The position numbers were made by a program, and so were the translations under genes. Source: Welwitschia mirabilis (Eukaryota). Taken from it: a stretch of 41,797 bases of DNA. The first letter of the stretch is position 1. The number at the start of each line of letters is the position of its first letter. The stretch is taken from contig JBOZIK010000001.1 of the NCBI GenBank assembly GCA_051453625.1, forward strand, positions 27,062,628 to 27,104,424, read 5' to 3'. This document shows positions 11,884-24,700 of this stretch, one piece after another. The notes beneath the pieces are model-generated. The model saw only the letters and a list, made by a program, of their open reading frames with translations, was not told where the DNA came from and did not search any database.

Positions 11884-12262
11884 TAGCCCATCACTTAGCC
11901 TTTATTAGTCCCTAACAAAAACTAGGCAGAAAAACTATAATTGCAACCCAATTTATTTTTTCAGAAAATAAATTTGAAAGTTATAAAATAGGCTCATAAA
12001 ACACATCACATAGATGAATGACAAGTAATACATAATGTGTATAAAATTTTAAAAATTTTATATCATGAAAGATCTAATAAGTAAAGAAAAAGAGTGAAAA
12101 ATAAAAATGTTTCATCATAAAAACAACATAAACAGTGCTTACAACATAAAAAAACTAAAAAANNNNNNNNNNNNNNNNNNNNNNNNNNNNNNNNNNNNNN
12201 NNNNNNNNNNNNNNNNNNNNNNNNNNNNNNNNNNNNNNNNNNNNNNNNNNNNNNNNNNNNNN

Positions 12263-12457
12263 GAAGTGACATTGATAAGACTAATCAATGAAAAGTTGTA
12301 AGAGCTTGTGTAAGAGGTGAAAGTGATGGATGAATGACAATGATAAGATTGATCAATGACAAGTTGGATGAGCTTGTGTAGAAGTGACATTGATAAGACT
12401 AATCAATGAAAAGTTATAAGAGCTTGTGTAAGAGGTGAAAGTGATGGATGAATGATA
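12263..12457. repeat. 118-bp tandem repeat (~1.7 units, with 68+50-bp related subunits)
   Basis: GAAGTGACATTGATAAGACTAATCAATGAAAAGTT at 12263 and 12381. Related subunit TGATAAGATTGATCAATGACAAGTT at 12341. Confidence 0.85.
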
Positions 12458-13170
12458 AAAGGAATCCTATTTATAACTCATGCACTGAGGCTTTAAGTTC
12501 AAAAAATGACAAAAGGAATATTTAGTTCAAGATGAAGGTAGGTGCTTAAAAATGACTGAGGCTTTAAGTTTTATAAATAAAATAAGCTCCGAAGAAAAAA
12601 AAATAATGTATGCACTTGGACTTTGTATTCATGTCCTTCTCTAATATCTTCTTTTGTTAGTAGCCATTTTTTTTCTTTTAATAAGCCTTTTTCTGAACTA
12701 ACGACACCACAGTTCCTACAAGCAGAAAACAATAGAAAACAAATAAAAAACAATACTATCATCCTATCTGTCATGGGGATGACAGATGGAGCAACACGCA
12801 TAGAAAACTAGAAAACAGAAACAAAAATAAAAATTAAAACAAAAGGCAGAAAGCATAGGAAAATAGACTATCATCCAACTAGTCATCTAGACATCAAAGG
12901 AGATGATAGAGAGTTATTTTAGTTTAGAAAAATCAAAAATCCAAAAATAAAATCAAAAATAGAAAAGCACCTTGTTATCCTTCCTATCATGGGGATAATA
13001 GAGGAGACAACCACTAATTTTTACAGAAATCAGAAACCAAAAAAACAAAAATTAAAAAACTGCACATAGAAAACCTACAACTCCTAATAAAATTCATCAT
13101 ACAAACAAATAACTGAATAGAAGTCCGATATACTTACTTGAATGATGACAACACTTGTACTTCTTAATAG

Positions 13171-13194
13171 CATTTACTAGTAATGGTGCAAAAA
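13171..13194 (-). promoter_or_regulatory. Degenerate tRNA-Asp-type PBS after the middle LTR of D
   Basis: Minus strand TTTTTGCACCATTACTAG versus the Athila PBS TGGCGCCGTTGCCGGG. The downstream leader aligns with 20450-21020. Confidence 0.7.
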
Positions 13195-14257
13195 CATTGT
13201 GGTGTGTATTAGTGCAAGTTTTTTACATTCAAAGAGATCCTGTCATTTATAGCCAAAATAGATATCTTAAACAATACATCACACTAGTATGAGTGGGAGT
13301 ATGCCCGAAATGTTGTATCTCATTGAAGTCTATGAGATAAGACTCAGGTTACTTTGCAAATGAAACTAGGAACCAAAAATAGATAATAATGTAGGAAATA
13401 AAAGTATAATGCAAGATTTAAAATGCAATCTAAACTAATATGCAATGCAAAAATAACCTTGACACTACTTGCTTTCAGCCTTAACAAAGGTTGTCTTTGA
13501 TAATCTATGTCATCTAAGAAATTGTTACTAGATCAAGGACAATCATAGACCATAAGAGTAGTCAAAAAACCTAAGATGCAAACATGTAAAGAAAACCAAG
13601 TTTTATATTAAAAGAGTAACAACATCTGGGTTACAAAATAGCTGGGTCTCAATGGAGGATACACAACCCTTTACCAAGTGCATGTGTTTCTACAACACAC
13701 GAAGATGGATCTCCCATCCTTTGACCTCCTATCATGAGTATTTTTGGTGAAATGAAGAGGAGAAGAAGAGTTGAAGGGGAGTTTATTTATAACAACATAC
13801 AACAGAAAAAAGATAAACAGTGGGTGAAATTAGATGTAATCATAAATGACTTAGAAATGGATGAAACAATTACGCATCGCTGTCAGAGTCAGTTACATGT
13901 CAGTGTCATCTGGATGACATGGGGAATGATAGCACATTATAAAATATTCTTAACATGATAACTCAGTAGTCCACATCAATAATCATCATCCTGCCTGTCT
14001 TGGGGATGACGTAGGGGATAATTGTCTTCTTTTATCATTTTCTTCAAGAGAACTTTAGTATTTTTGTCAGTAATACTTCTTCAAATCTCTGTGCATCAGA
14101 AAGTGCCTTTTATACATCAAATCTAGCTAAGAATTGCACATTTCTAAGATTTCCTCTTGTATCTACAAAATCCTCAGTATTGCACCTAAACCTGTATAAA
14201 AGTCCTGCAAAACAACTCATAAAACCCCTCAAATAACCATAAATTAGTAGAGCAACA
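13195..14257 (-). repeat. D middle LTR (~1.06 kb), flanked by both a PPT and a PBS
   Basis: Right end AGAGCAACA plus the PPT complement TAGCCATCCACTTAGCC (14258-14274). The left end abuts the PBS. Confidence 0.88.
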
Positions 14258-15204
14258 TAGCCATCCACTTAGCCTTTGTCAGTCCATGATAAAAACAAGG
14301 CATAAAAACCATAATTATGAGCTAATTTATTTTTCAAAAGTTAAATCTAGAAGTTATAAAATAGGCTCATAAAATACATCATATAGATAAATAATAAGTA
14401 ATGCATAATGTATATGAAATTTTCAAAATATTATGTCATAATAGATTTAGATTAAATTAAATTTTTTTTAAAAAATGAGCCATGTAGATGGATCTCTTCC
14501 CCTCCAAAAAAAAGCAATACATCTCGCATTAGAAAATAAGATAAAGAAAGTAAACAGAAGTGAGAAGGCAGGTAAAAGAGGATAACTTTCCATAATGAGG
14601 TGCAAAGTTGAGTAATGTCAGATTTGAAAAATATAAATCAATAGAATATTCTAACAAGTAAAGAAAAAGAGTGAATAATAAAAGTATTTATTACAAAAAG
14701 ATCATGAGCAGTGCTTACAACACTAAAAATCTGAAGAAAACACTTATCTAAATAAGAAATTATCTTTTATTGAAAACTTAAGTAAGGAAAACATGCTAAG
14801 AAAATATAGTAATGACTTTGAAATAACTAACTAAACCACAAAAGAAAATAAGAAGAATGAAAATAAGATAACATAAATAAAATAGAGCTCACTGATCTAA
14901 TATTTTAACCTAGTAGACTTCCATGAAAGAAATCATAACATCATTTGATATGAAAATGTGCATGACTTAATGTACAAAAATTCCATTTGATAAGGTAATG
15001 ATCATGATGATGCTAGAGTAAAATTCTTTAAAAAATAAATGATCAAACCAAATAATTACTCAAAAATAAACTCTCCTACCATCATCTCAAAATGAACATC
15101 AAAATCTCAAGAAATAAAATGATCATATGGAAAGACTAAGAGTATAGAAAACGAGTAATGCCTTTGATAATCCCATAGCATTAATGTTTAAATAAAATTT
15201 TATT

Positions 15205-15370
15205 ATCCATGATGAGGGGAGTGCAAATACAGTCAAAGAAGTAAGAACTCAAAAGCATAGCCAATTGACCTCCCAGTGGAGCTTCCACAACTACCATATT
15301 ACATTGCCAAAGGTTCCTCTCGAAAATATATGTCCTGGTGTACTTGTAGTAGGACATCATGATAACCATG
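15205..15370 (-). other. Conserved post-pol non-coding block, copy in D
   Basis: The reverse complement GATGTCCTACTACAAGTACACCAGGACA...GAGAGGAACCTTTGGCAATGTAATATGGTAGTTGTGGAAGCTCCACTGGGAGG closely matches 925-1080. Confidence 0.88.
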
Positions 15371-16659
15371 TTTTTGAGATAGCATAAATATAAAACATTA
15401 TGGTCTTTATTTTACTCTCTTCTTTTTTTTTTTTTTTGAAACAAACAAAACAATATTTCACTTAACCAAATATTCCAAAAGATAAGGGTAAAAGTTGTAA
15501 GATTAAGATAGAAAAGAACACTCTTAAACAATCTAAGACCTTTTCACCATTGGAAAAAAAACATTAAAAGTAAATCATCTTCCTTCAGTTGACGTTAATG
15601 AACATGTGAATGTCCTAAGATTGGGTGAATCCAATCTTACCACTAAAATGCCTAAGTTAAAAGACTAATCATGGAAACAAATACATAAATCATGTTTAAA
15701 AGATGATCAAGTAATGCCATAATAATATTTTAAAGGAAAAAAACTAAAAGAAAATTTAGACAGTTTACTCATAAAATTCCAAATTTTACTCATTTATGTC
15801 CTACAATTCTCAAGCAGTCAAGTTAGAAATCTCAATAGAGCCATAAAAATTCTTAAAATAAAAAAAAAATCAACATTTTATTAACTATCATCCTTATCAT
15901 TGTCTAGATGGTAGATAAGACAATAGAGGCAGAAAAATTAAAAAAAATATTACAAAACACAAAAAAAATATCAAAAAGCTAAAAAATCAACAAAACTAAC
16001 TATTGTCCACCTTGTCATGAGGACGATAAAGAAGACGATAGATTATTACTGCAGAAATAGAAAATAAAAACTACAAATAGAAATAAAAAATAAAATTAGA
16101 AAATGAAAATAGAGACTCCCAAATAGAAAACTAAAATGAATACTTCAAGTCAAGTAAACTTTTATTCAAATCCTAAATCTAAAGCATACTTTTATTAAAA
16201 AAAAAAAAAGGAAAAACGAAGGATCTATTTTGGTCTCTAGATTTTCAAAGAAATAAGGTCTACACAAAAAATTTATGAATTGATAAAAGATAAGAGATGT
16301 GTAATGATTTTCAAGTAAAATCAATTAGATGAAGAAAGGAGTAATGAAAAGCACTCTATTATACCACATTAAATCATAAATTTTCAAAGTCAAAAAGGAG
16401 AGAAATGGTAACTCTGGTAAAAAGATTTTTATTGAATGAAAAAGTTTTATTTTAATTATCACAAAAAAATTAAGTCCATTAAAAACATTTTTTCATTTAA
16501 ATTTAAATTATGGCTTATGTAATAGACAATCTCCCTCATAATATTTCTTTAAAAGTTGTACTTCCTTACACTCTAAAGTTTTTATTTTTTATTCATTCTT
16601 TAGTTAGCTATTATAAAGCACATGTTTATTTGTTTTTATCTCTTTTTCCTCAAGTGGGT

Positions 16660-18077
16660 GATGTTATAGAAATAAAGTTGGTTTGATGTTATCTTCAATG
16701 TTCAAATAATTACCTAAATATTTCTCAGCTACATCAAAGAATCTAATAGTAAACATTCTATTTTTAAAATGACATTTCATTGTTCTTACTCTTGTATCAA
16801 TAATGCAGTGGGATATTGCAAAAAAGGCTCTACCTAAAAGTAAAGGGTATCATTTGTTATGCTATATTTCTATAATGATCATGTCTATGGGGTATCAGGC
16901 CTCTTTAATTTAAATTACCAAATATTTAATGATACTAATCATTTCTTAACTAATGTATCTACTAATTCTAAGATAATTAGAGTAGGTTCTATTCTATCCT
17001 CCAAACTAAGTCTCTTACAAATGTAAAGTGGTATAATATTAACACTCACTCCAATGTCAATCAAGGCTTTCTTAATCTTTTTATTTCCCTCCAAAGTAAC
17101 ATTCATTATTGCTACTCCTAGATCTTTAAATTTGGATGATTTTTATAATACTAAATTTGTGAGAGATTGGGCAAGAAAGACTTTGCTAGGAATAACTCAT
17201 TTATGCTTTCTTCTTATTAGGTCTTTTTATAATTTTTAGTACCCTGGGTTTTCCTCTAAAAATTTTCAAAAAGGTAAGTTTATATGTTTTTCATTAAGGC
17301 TTTTAAATAATTATTAAAAGTTAAATTATTCTTAAACCTATTCATCCAGGAAGTGATTTGTTAAGAAGTATTTTTCTTTTTCTTTTTACCAAGAGAAGGG
17401 AAGTTATAATCTTATAGTACCTCAATGTCCTCTTCCTCTTCTTCTTCATTATTTTTAAAGTTATTTTTGGAAGGTGGAAGGTTCACATGGAAGAGGGTTT
17501 ATTTCTTATCCACTTCTTGTCACAATCTTACAATCTTTTCTTAATTCATTTGGGTTTGGTAAAGGTTTTACTGCTAAAGTTCCTTGAAGTATATAGTTTG
17601 CTAGCATTGTTTGTAGAAGGATGGTTATTAAGTTTTAAAGTTTAGCATTTGTTTCTTCATGTGATCTTCTAATTTCATCCATAAGGTTTATGATTAGATC
17701 ATTCAAATATTGGTAACTGGATGAACTTAGTGGGTAGCTTGTGTTTTCAAATTGGTTTCTAAAAGGTTGAGAATTATTTTGAAAATGAGTGTTTAATCTA
17801 GTTTGTGCTTGATTTTGATTTTAGAAGTTTTGGTTACAAGTACAAACTTCTTTGCAAATTCTTTCTTTGTATGTTGACAAAAGAGAATAGTTTTTAGTGA
17901 CATGATAATTATATTTACATAAGTCACAAGTTTGTACAACATTTCTTTTGGTTATTGTTTTGACATCTAAGATTATTTTTGCATACTTTTCCAAGGTTAT
18001 AAAATGTTTTATGAGATTTATAGGATTGGATTCTACCTCTTTTTATTGTTTAACCTCTTTTAACTCTTTGAGGAATT
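16660..18077 (-). pseudogene. gag: Decayed gag C-terminus + aspartic protease, second diverged copy
   Basis: Collinear with 18240-19675. Contains KALIDIGVSVNIIPLYICKRL and YPLLLGRAFFAISHCII. Ends at the N-gap. Confidence 0.88.
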
Positions 18078-18244
18078 NNNNNNNNNNNNNNNNNNNNNNN
18101 NNNNNNNNNNNNNNNNNNNNNNNNNNNNNNNNNNNNNNNNNNNNNNNNNNNNNNNNNNNNNNNNNNNNNNNNNNNNNTCTTAAGTTGGTCATTACATAGC
18201 ACATATTCATTTGATTTCATCTCTTTTTCTTAAAGTATGTGGTG

Positions 18245-20400
18245 TTATAAAAATAAAGTGGGTTTGGTGTTATCTTCTAAGGTCATATTATCACTTAAAT
18301 CTTTCTTAGCTGGATCAAAGACTCTAATTGTAAACATTCTATTTCCAAAATAACATTTCATTATTCCTGCTCTTATATCAATAATGCAGTGGGATGTTAC
18401 ACAAAAGGCTCTATCTAGAATTAAAGGATATCCTCTATTATGCTTAACTTCTATGATGATTTCATCTATGGGATAGCAAGCCTCTTTAATTTGAATTGTC
18501 AAATCTTTAATGATACCTAATAGTTTCTTAACTAATGTATCTACTAATTCTAAGACAATTGGAGTAGGCTCTATTCTATCCTCCAAACCAAGTCTTTTAC
18601 AAATGTGAACTAGCATAATATTAATAATCTCTCCAATGTCAATCAAGGATTTCCTAATCTTTTTGTTTCCCTCCAAAGTAACATTCACCATTACTGCTCC
18701 TAGATCTTTAAATTTGGGTGATTTTTGTAACACTATATTTGTGAGGAATTGAGTAAGAAAGACCTTGCTAGGAATAACTCGTTTTTATTTTCTTCTTATT
18801 AGGTCTTTCCATAATTTTAAGTACCTTGGATTTTCTTGTAAAACTTTCTGAAAGAATAATTTTATGCTAAAGTTTTTAATCAAGGCTTTTAAATGATCAT
18901 TGAAAGTTGAATTATTATTAAGCCTATCCATCTAAGGGATGATCTGTTAAAAAGGACTTTTCTTTTCCTTTTTTTTAACATAAAGGAAGTTGTGATCTTC
19001 TAAAATTTTAATGTCCTCTTCCTCTTATTTTTCTCATCATTTCTGAAGTTATTTTGGAAGGTGGAAGGTTCACATGGAGGAGGATTTGTTTCTTGTCCAC
19101 TTCTTATCACAACCTTACAATCTTTTATTAGTTCTTTTGGATTTGATAAAGGTTATATTGCTAAAGTTCCTTGAGGTCTTTGGTTTGCTAGCATTGTTTG
19201 TTGAAGGATGCTTATTAAGTTTTCAAGTTTGAAATTTGTTTCTTCACGAGATCTTGTAATTTCATCTATAAGATTTATGCTTGAATCATGTGGATATTGG
19301 TGATTAGATGAACTTGGTGGGTAGTTTATATTTTCGAATTGATTTCTAAAAGCTTGAGAATTGTTTTGAAAATGAGTGTTCAACCTTGGTTGTACCTGAT
19401 TTTGATTTTGAAATTTTTGAGGTGGTTGGTTGAAAGCATAAACTTCTTCTCATATTCTTTCTTTATATGTTGGTAAAAGAGGACAGTTTTTAGTAACGTG
19501 ATAATTATCCTTAGATAAATCACAAGTTTGCACAACATTTCTTTTGATTGCAGTTTTAGCATCTAAGATTATTATTGCATACTTCTCCAAGGTTATCATA
19601 AAATCTTTCATGGAATTTATAGGATTGGATTCTACTTATTTTTATTATTTAATCTCTTTTAAGTCCTTGATGAGTTGGCCTATAGTTTAATTTTTTTAAG
19701 GTATTAATCAAGTTTGACTAACCTCCACAAGTTCTTCTAATTTTATCCAAGAATCTTCTAATGTAAGGTTCATGAGGTTTCCACCACCAAAAAAATCTAT
19801 AAGTTGTTTTGTGTGGGGAGTTAATCCACTATAAAAATAGTCTTGTTCTATTCTTAAAAAATCATCTATGAAATTAGAATGGATTTATATGAAGAAATGT
19901 TCATAAGTGGAGGAATTATCTTCATTTGGCTTTTATTGAAAATTTGTTGCCTCTTTTTTCCTCTTTCTCATAGTTTTTTTACTTATAAATATTTTTACAA
20001 AGTTTTTTTGACTTAATCCCAAATTTTTAAGCTTTTATGAGGTATGGTTTTTAACTAAAGTTTTTCTTTATCCTTTAATGTCATAGGAAAAATTATTATA
20101 TATGTTCTATCACTGATTTTCTTCTTTCCATTCCCAAATGTAAGGATTAGTTTTTCAATATCTGCAATGTGTTGAAAGGGATCCTCATCATTTTCTCCAC
20201 TAAAAGTTGATAGGCATGTAAATTTTTAATCTCAACATCATCTTCTAGGGATAGGTTAAAATGTGTTTGAATTTCTCTTTTCTTATTTGCTAATAATTCC
20301 CTTAGGGTAAGATTTGCATTAGGGGTAGAATATCTTATGACTTATTTTTGCTTATGAGAGGTACTCAACATTATGAATTTGTTTTCTCATTTTATCAAAT
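18245..20400 (-). pseudogene. gag: Decayed gag + aspartic protease of D
   Basis: ORF 18245-18733 has KFKDLG...SLIDIGEIINIM...YPLILDRAFC (PR). Gag N-terminal motif CLSTFSGENDEDPFQHI at ~20160-20220. No RT follows. Confidence 0.88.
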
Positions 20401-21020
20401 TTTGTCAAGAAAATTTGACTCAGAAAAAATAAATTTGGAAGGAGGTTTGAGTGCACCTAGAAATCACTTTTTCGATTTATTTTTTATATTCATCAGTCCT
20501 TCTTTGATATTCTTTTCTATTAACAGCTTTTCTATTTGATATCTCTTCTCTATGTTAGTCATATCACAGCATCTTGGAAATAGCAAATAACAAAAAATAG
20601 ATAAAAAATAATAGACTATCATTCTATCTGTCATGGGGATGATAGAAGGAATGACACACATAGAAACAAGAAAAATAGAAACAAAATTAAAAATAAAATA
20701 GAAAGTGGAAAATATTGAAAAAAAAATATCATCCACCAAGTTGTGTGGATAACAGAAACTAATTTATTTTAGAAAAAATTCAATTCAAAAATAAAACCAA
20801 AAGTAAAAAATAGCACACTATCATCCTGTCTATCATGAGAACGATAGAGGGGATGACTACAATTTTTTATAGAAAACTGAAACCGAAAAACTAAAACTAA
20901 AGTATTATATATAGAAAACCTATATCTCTTAATAAAATACAATACCTCAAAGACAAATAACTGAATATAGGTCTAATATACTAATCCAAACAATGATGAC
21001 CTTTGTACTTCTCAATAGCC

Positions 21021-21040
21021 TTCCCTAGTAATAGTGCCAA
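21021..21040 (-). promoter_or_regulatory. tRNA-Asp-type PBS of D
   Basis: Minus strand TTGGCACTATTACTAGGGAA equals TGGCGCCGTTGCCGGGGA with transition decay, and lies a few bases from the LTR end TGCAACA. Confidence 0.8.
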
Positions 21041-21042
21041 GA

Positions 21043-22132
21043 TGTTGCAATGTATATTTATAAAAGTTTTTATATTTAAAGAAATCCTATCATTTATAAT
21101 CAAAATACATATCTTACACAATACATCACACTTTTATGAGTGGAAGTATACTCAAAATATCATATTCACATTGAAGTCTATGAGTATGAAACTTAGATTG
21201 CTTTGTAAAAGAATATAGGATCTAGAATAAATAACAAATGTAAAGAAATAAAGTATAATTCACAATAAAAGATGCAACTATTTTAAATGCAAATGCCAAA
21301 TGAAACTAATACTACTTCCTTTTAGCATTAACAGAGGCTACCTTTGATAATCTATATCATCTAAGAAATTATCACTAGATCAAGAACAACATAGACTATA
21401 AGGATCATCAAGGAAACTAATATGCAAATGTAAAAACAAAACAAGATTTATATTAAGAAAGAGTAATAAGAATTTTAATTATAAAATAGCCAAGTCTTAA
21501 TAGAGAATACACATCCCTCTACCAAGCACATGTCTTTTTAAAACACTTAAGATTGATCTTCTACCCTTCGACCTCTTGTCATGAGGATTTCTGATGCAAT
21601 GAAAATCATAAGGAAAGTTAAAGGGGAATGGGGTTTATTTATAACAACTTAAAGTAGAAAAAAATAAACAGTAGATGTAGAAAGGTGCACTCATTTACAA
21701 CTTAGAAATGGATAAAATGGTTATGAGTCACTATTAGAGTTGATTACATATCAGTGTTATCCGTATAACATTCTAGATGATAAGAGGAATAACAACACAT
21801 TACGAATGATAACTCAAAATGATGACTTAGTAGTGATTAATTAGTCCACATCAGTAGTTATCATCCTTCCTATCACGGGGATAATAGAGGGGATGATGGT
21901 CTTCTTTAATTATTTTCTTAAAAAGAACTTAGTATTTTTGTCATTAATCCTTCTTTAAATCTGTATGCATCGGAAAGTGCCTTTAAGACATCAAATTTGG
22001 ATAAGAATCATAATTTTTTGAGATTTCTTCTTGTATCTCCAAAATCCTCAAGATTCAACCTAAACCTATATAAAAGTCCTGCAAAACAACTCATAAAACC
22101 CCATCAAATAACTGTAAATAGGTAGCACAACA
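21043..22132 (-). repeat. D 5' LTR (1090 bp)
   Basis: Intact TGTTG...CAACA termini. PBS on the inner side and TSD on the outer side. Confidence 0.92.
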
Positions 22133-22682
22133 AATGGAAATATTTTTTTATTTTTATTCATATTTATGTGCATCTCCCTTATAGTTTATATTACTTTTGA
22201 TTCTGTAATAGCTTCATTTGTGATATAGATCATAAGGATAATCTTTATAAAGGTTGAAATCATTATTTTATAGTCTTGCATTATATTTTACATTTTATAG
22301 ACTAAATCATTACATGTTTCCATATTTTTTCTAATGTACTTGATAGATTAGGTTACTTTTAATTAGTGATAATTTTCTTAATTAATTAAGATTATTAAGG
22401 ATTGATCTTGGTAATAGAGATTTGGTAGTTAAACAGATATTGCATTTAAGATAGTTTGCATTTGCATTTGTATTATGTATTTACTTTATTGCATTATTGA
22501 TTTTTATTTTTAAATCTTTACTTTATAAAAATCAATTTTCTAGATTCAAGTCTAGTGCCTCTAATAGAATTTGTCAATTGGTTTTACTTCTATTTATATT
22601 AGTCTGTTGTATTTGTGCATAGATTTGTGATTGATAGGTTTTAATAAAGGATAAAAATTTTACCTAAATATACACCATAACA
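22133..22682 (+). repeat. Second part of the 3' LTR of element C
   Basis: Aligns with the distal half of LTR A (~2780-3180) and LTR B. Ends TACACCATAACA. Confidence 0.8.
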
Positions 22683-22779
22683 TCCACTAATAATTGTTAA
22701 GCCTTATTCATGAAAATCATTTTAGCACTATTCCCTTTATTAGTATAGGGATGTTCAATTTTTTCCTCATCACATATTT

Positions 22780-24700
22780 TAATTTATTGGACTGGATCTC
22801 ATAGACTGATCTCCATTACTTCCTTTTAAAAATAAATAGTGGAATTAGTAGTTGCCATAATATGATAGGGTGAGTATTACCTTTTGTTTTCATGACCACT
22901 AAATCCACTAGATATCCAAATATTTATAGTTCTATAGAAGTATTTCTATTATTGTTTTTGGCTTCATTGCAAAACCATATGCCATGTAAATTTATCCATT
23001 ATATGGAGTTAACTTAGGACTTTGAGTTGTTCAAATATGTTATAAGAAATGAAAGTAATACTTGTCCTTAAATCTACCAAAGCTTCTATTTTACAAATGC
23101 CTTCAATAATTATATCCATAATTGTTATTCTAGTATCATTACATTTCTTAATTTGATTTCTTTAAAAAGCTAGAGTAGAGGCCCAAGATATGTGAACTCT
23201 TTTAGTTGGCTCTTTTACCAATTGTTCCTCATTAGTTTTCTCATTCTTTTTCTTACTTTTTTCTTTACTACATAAGTTCTTCATTTGCTTCTAGTATAAG
23301 GGGATGCTTTTCAACATTTTTACTAAGGGTAAGGTAATTGAGGTATCTTCTAGAGCTATAATAAAATATTTTACATCTTTTTCTCCCTTTCTTGAAACAT
23401 TTTCTAGTATCTTACTTCTCATTGAAAATGGTAAAGAATCATTCATTCCTCTTTTTGTTGAATATTTCTATCATACTTTCATTTTCCTTGTCTTTTCCTC
23501 TTTTCTAGGAGGTGAAGGATGGCTTCTTCATGATTTAATTCAAACAACTTTATAACTAGCTTCTCTTGAGGTTGATTGGGGTTGTAAAGGTATGGAAAGC
23601 TCTTTAGTTTTTTTTATGTTATTTGATTATTAATGGTAACTATACTCTGCTTATGTATTTTTCCAATTCTTAAAGTAATCATATTTCTTCAATTGCATAA
23701 ATCTATGCATTGGCATCTCTTTCTTACCTTTTCATTTCCTTGTATGATTAGGATATGACTTCTTCTTGATTTAAGAATTATTAGGATTATAATCAATTTT
23801 GTTAAGATTTAACAACTTCATAAAACTTATTATTCATGGACATTTTGTGGAATGTGATCCTCCTCATTATAATATTCATAAGTTCCTACTTCTTCTTCTT
23901 ATTTTAATCTATTGATCTCACCTGTTAGAACTCTATCCTTTTATTACTAATATATCAACATGCTTAGCCTCTATTTATTTTTCTATTATAACTTCCTTAA
24001 TCTTTCTCTTTTCTTTCTTCTTATTCTGAGACCATCCTTAACTCAACTTATATAATTTATCTATACTAGTTTGAATTTGTTGAGTGCTATCATTCCTAAT
24101 GCTATTCCCATGAAGGATATCTAACTTCTCTAAAATATTACTTTAAAGATCTCTTACTAGGTCTTTCATTTATTCTTTTGGGATTATTCCACAGTTTGAA
24201 TATCTTGCTAATAAACTCCAATACCTATTCATAAGCTTTCTAAATTTCTCATGCTCTTTTTGTTTAACATTCAAATTTTAATTCTTTAAATGACTTAAAT
24301 AGATTAATATTTATTCAAAAATGCTTATCTTATAAAGTTTAGGTTTTAAAATTACAGTTTAAGAATATATAAAACTATAACTAGTATTTCCCTTTAATTA
24401 AAAAGGAAAATATCTTAAGAAGTTGGAGTTAGTTTCTAAATAGTTATCTTTACAAATAGAATTAAAAAGGCTCAAATGTAGCATAGGTTCTTCATTTTTT
24501 CTACCTTTAAAAGTTGGGATATTAGTAGTATTTATGTTTCTTATTTTATCAAGGATCTCTAAGACTATTCAATCTATAGGGTTATATGTATGAGACATAT
24601 AATAATATATGCACAAAGGAATATAATTGAATTATTCTTCTTCATCCCAATATAATCCTTTAGGTCCTTGCACTTTTTTGTATTCTTTAATTTTGCATTA
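22780..24700 (-). pseudogene. gag: Decayed gag + aspartic protease of E
   Basis: Minus strand NIPTFKGRKNEEPMLHLSLFNSIC...LRYFPF*LKG (gag), IPLY*KQMKNLCSK, and KKCNDTR...IEALVDLRTSI (PR). Confidence 0.82.

Larger units (their letters stand above)
10703..22132 (-). mobile_element. Block D: three-LTR, gag-protease-only Athila-type unit inserted in the LTR of C
   Basis: Outer LTRs at 21043-22132 and 10703-11883, middle LTR at 13195-14257. Flanked by AATAG (10698-10702) and AATGG (22133-22137). The host LTR resumes after 22137. Confidence 0.78.

Noticed and set aside
12571..12801. Shared peptide PSxIPMTDRMIV in ORFs 12571-12801 and 20464-20739 as a conserved small protein
   Set aside because: The match is the DNA hairpin module read in frame in two paralogous leaders. 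There is no independent coding signal.
15181..15369. 62-aa ORF over the conserved block in D
   Set aside because: The homologous region of A and B has stops or indels, so conservation is not at the protein level.
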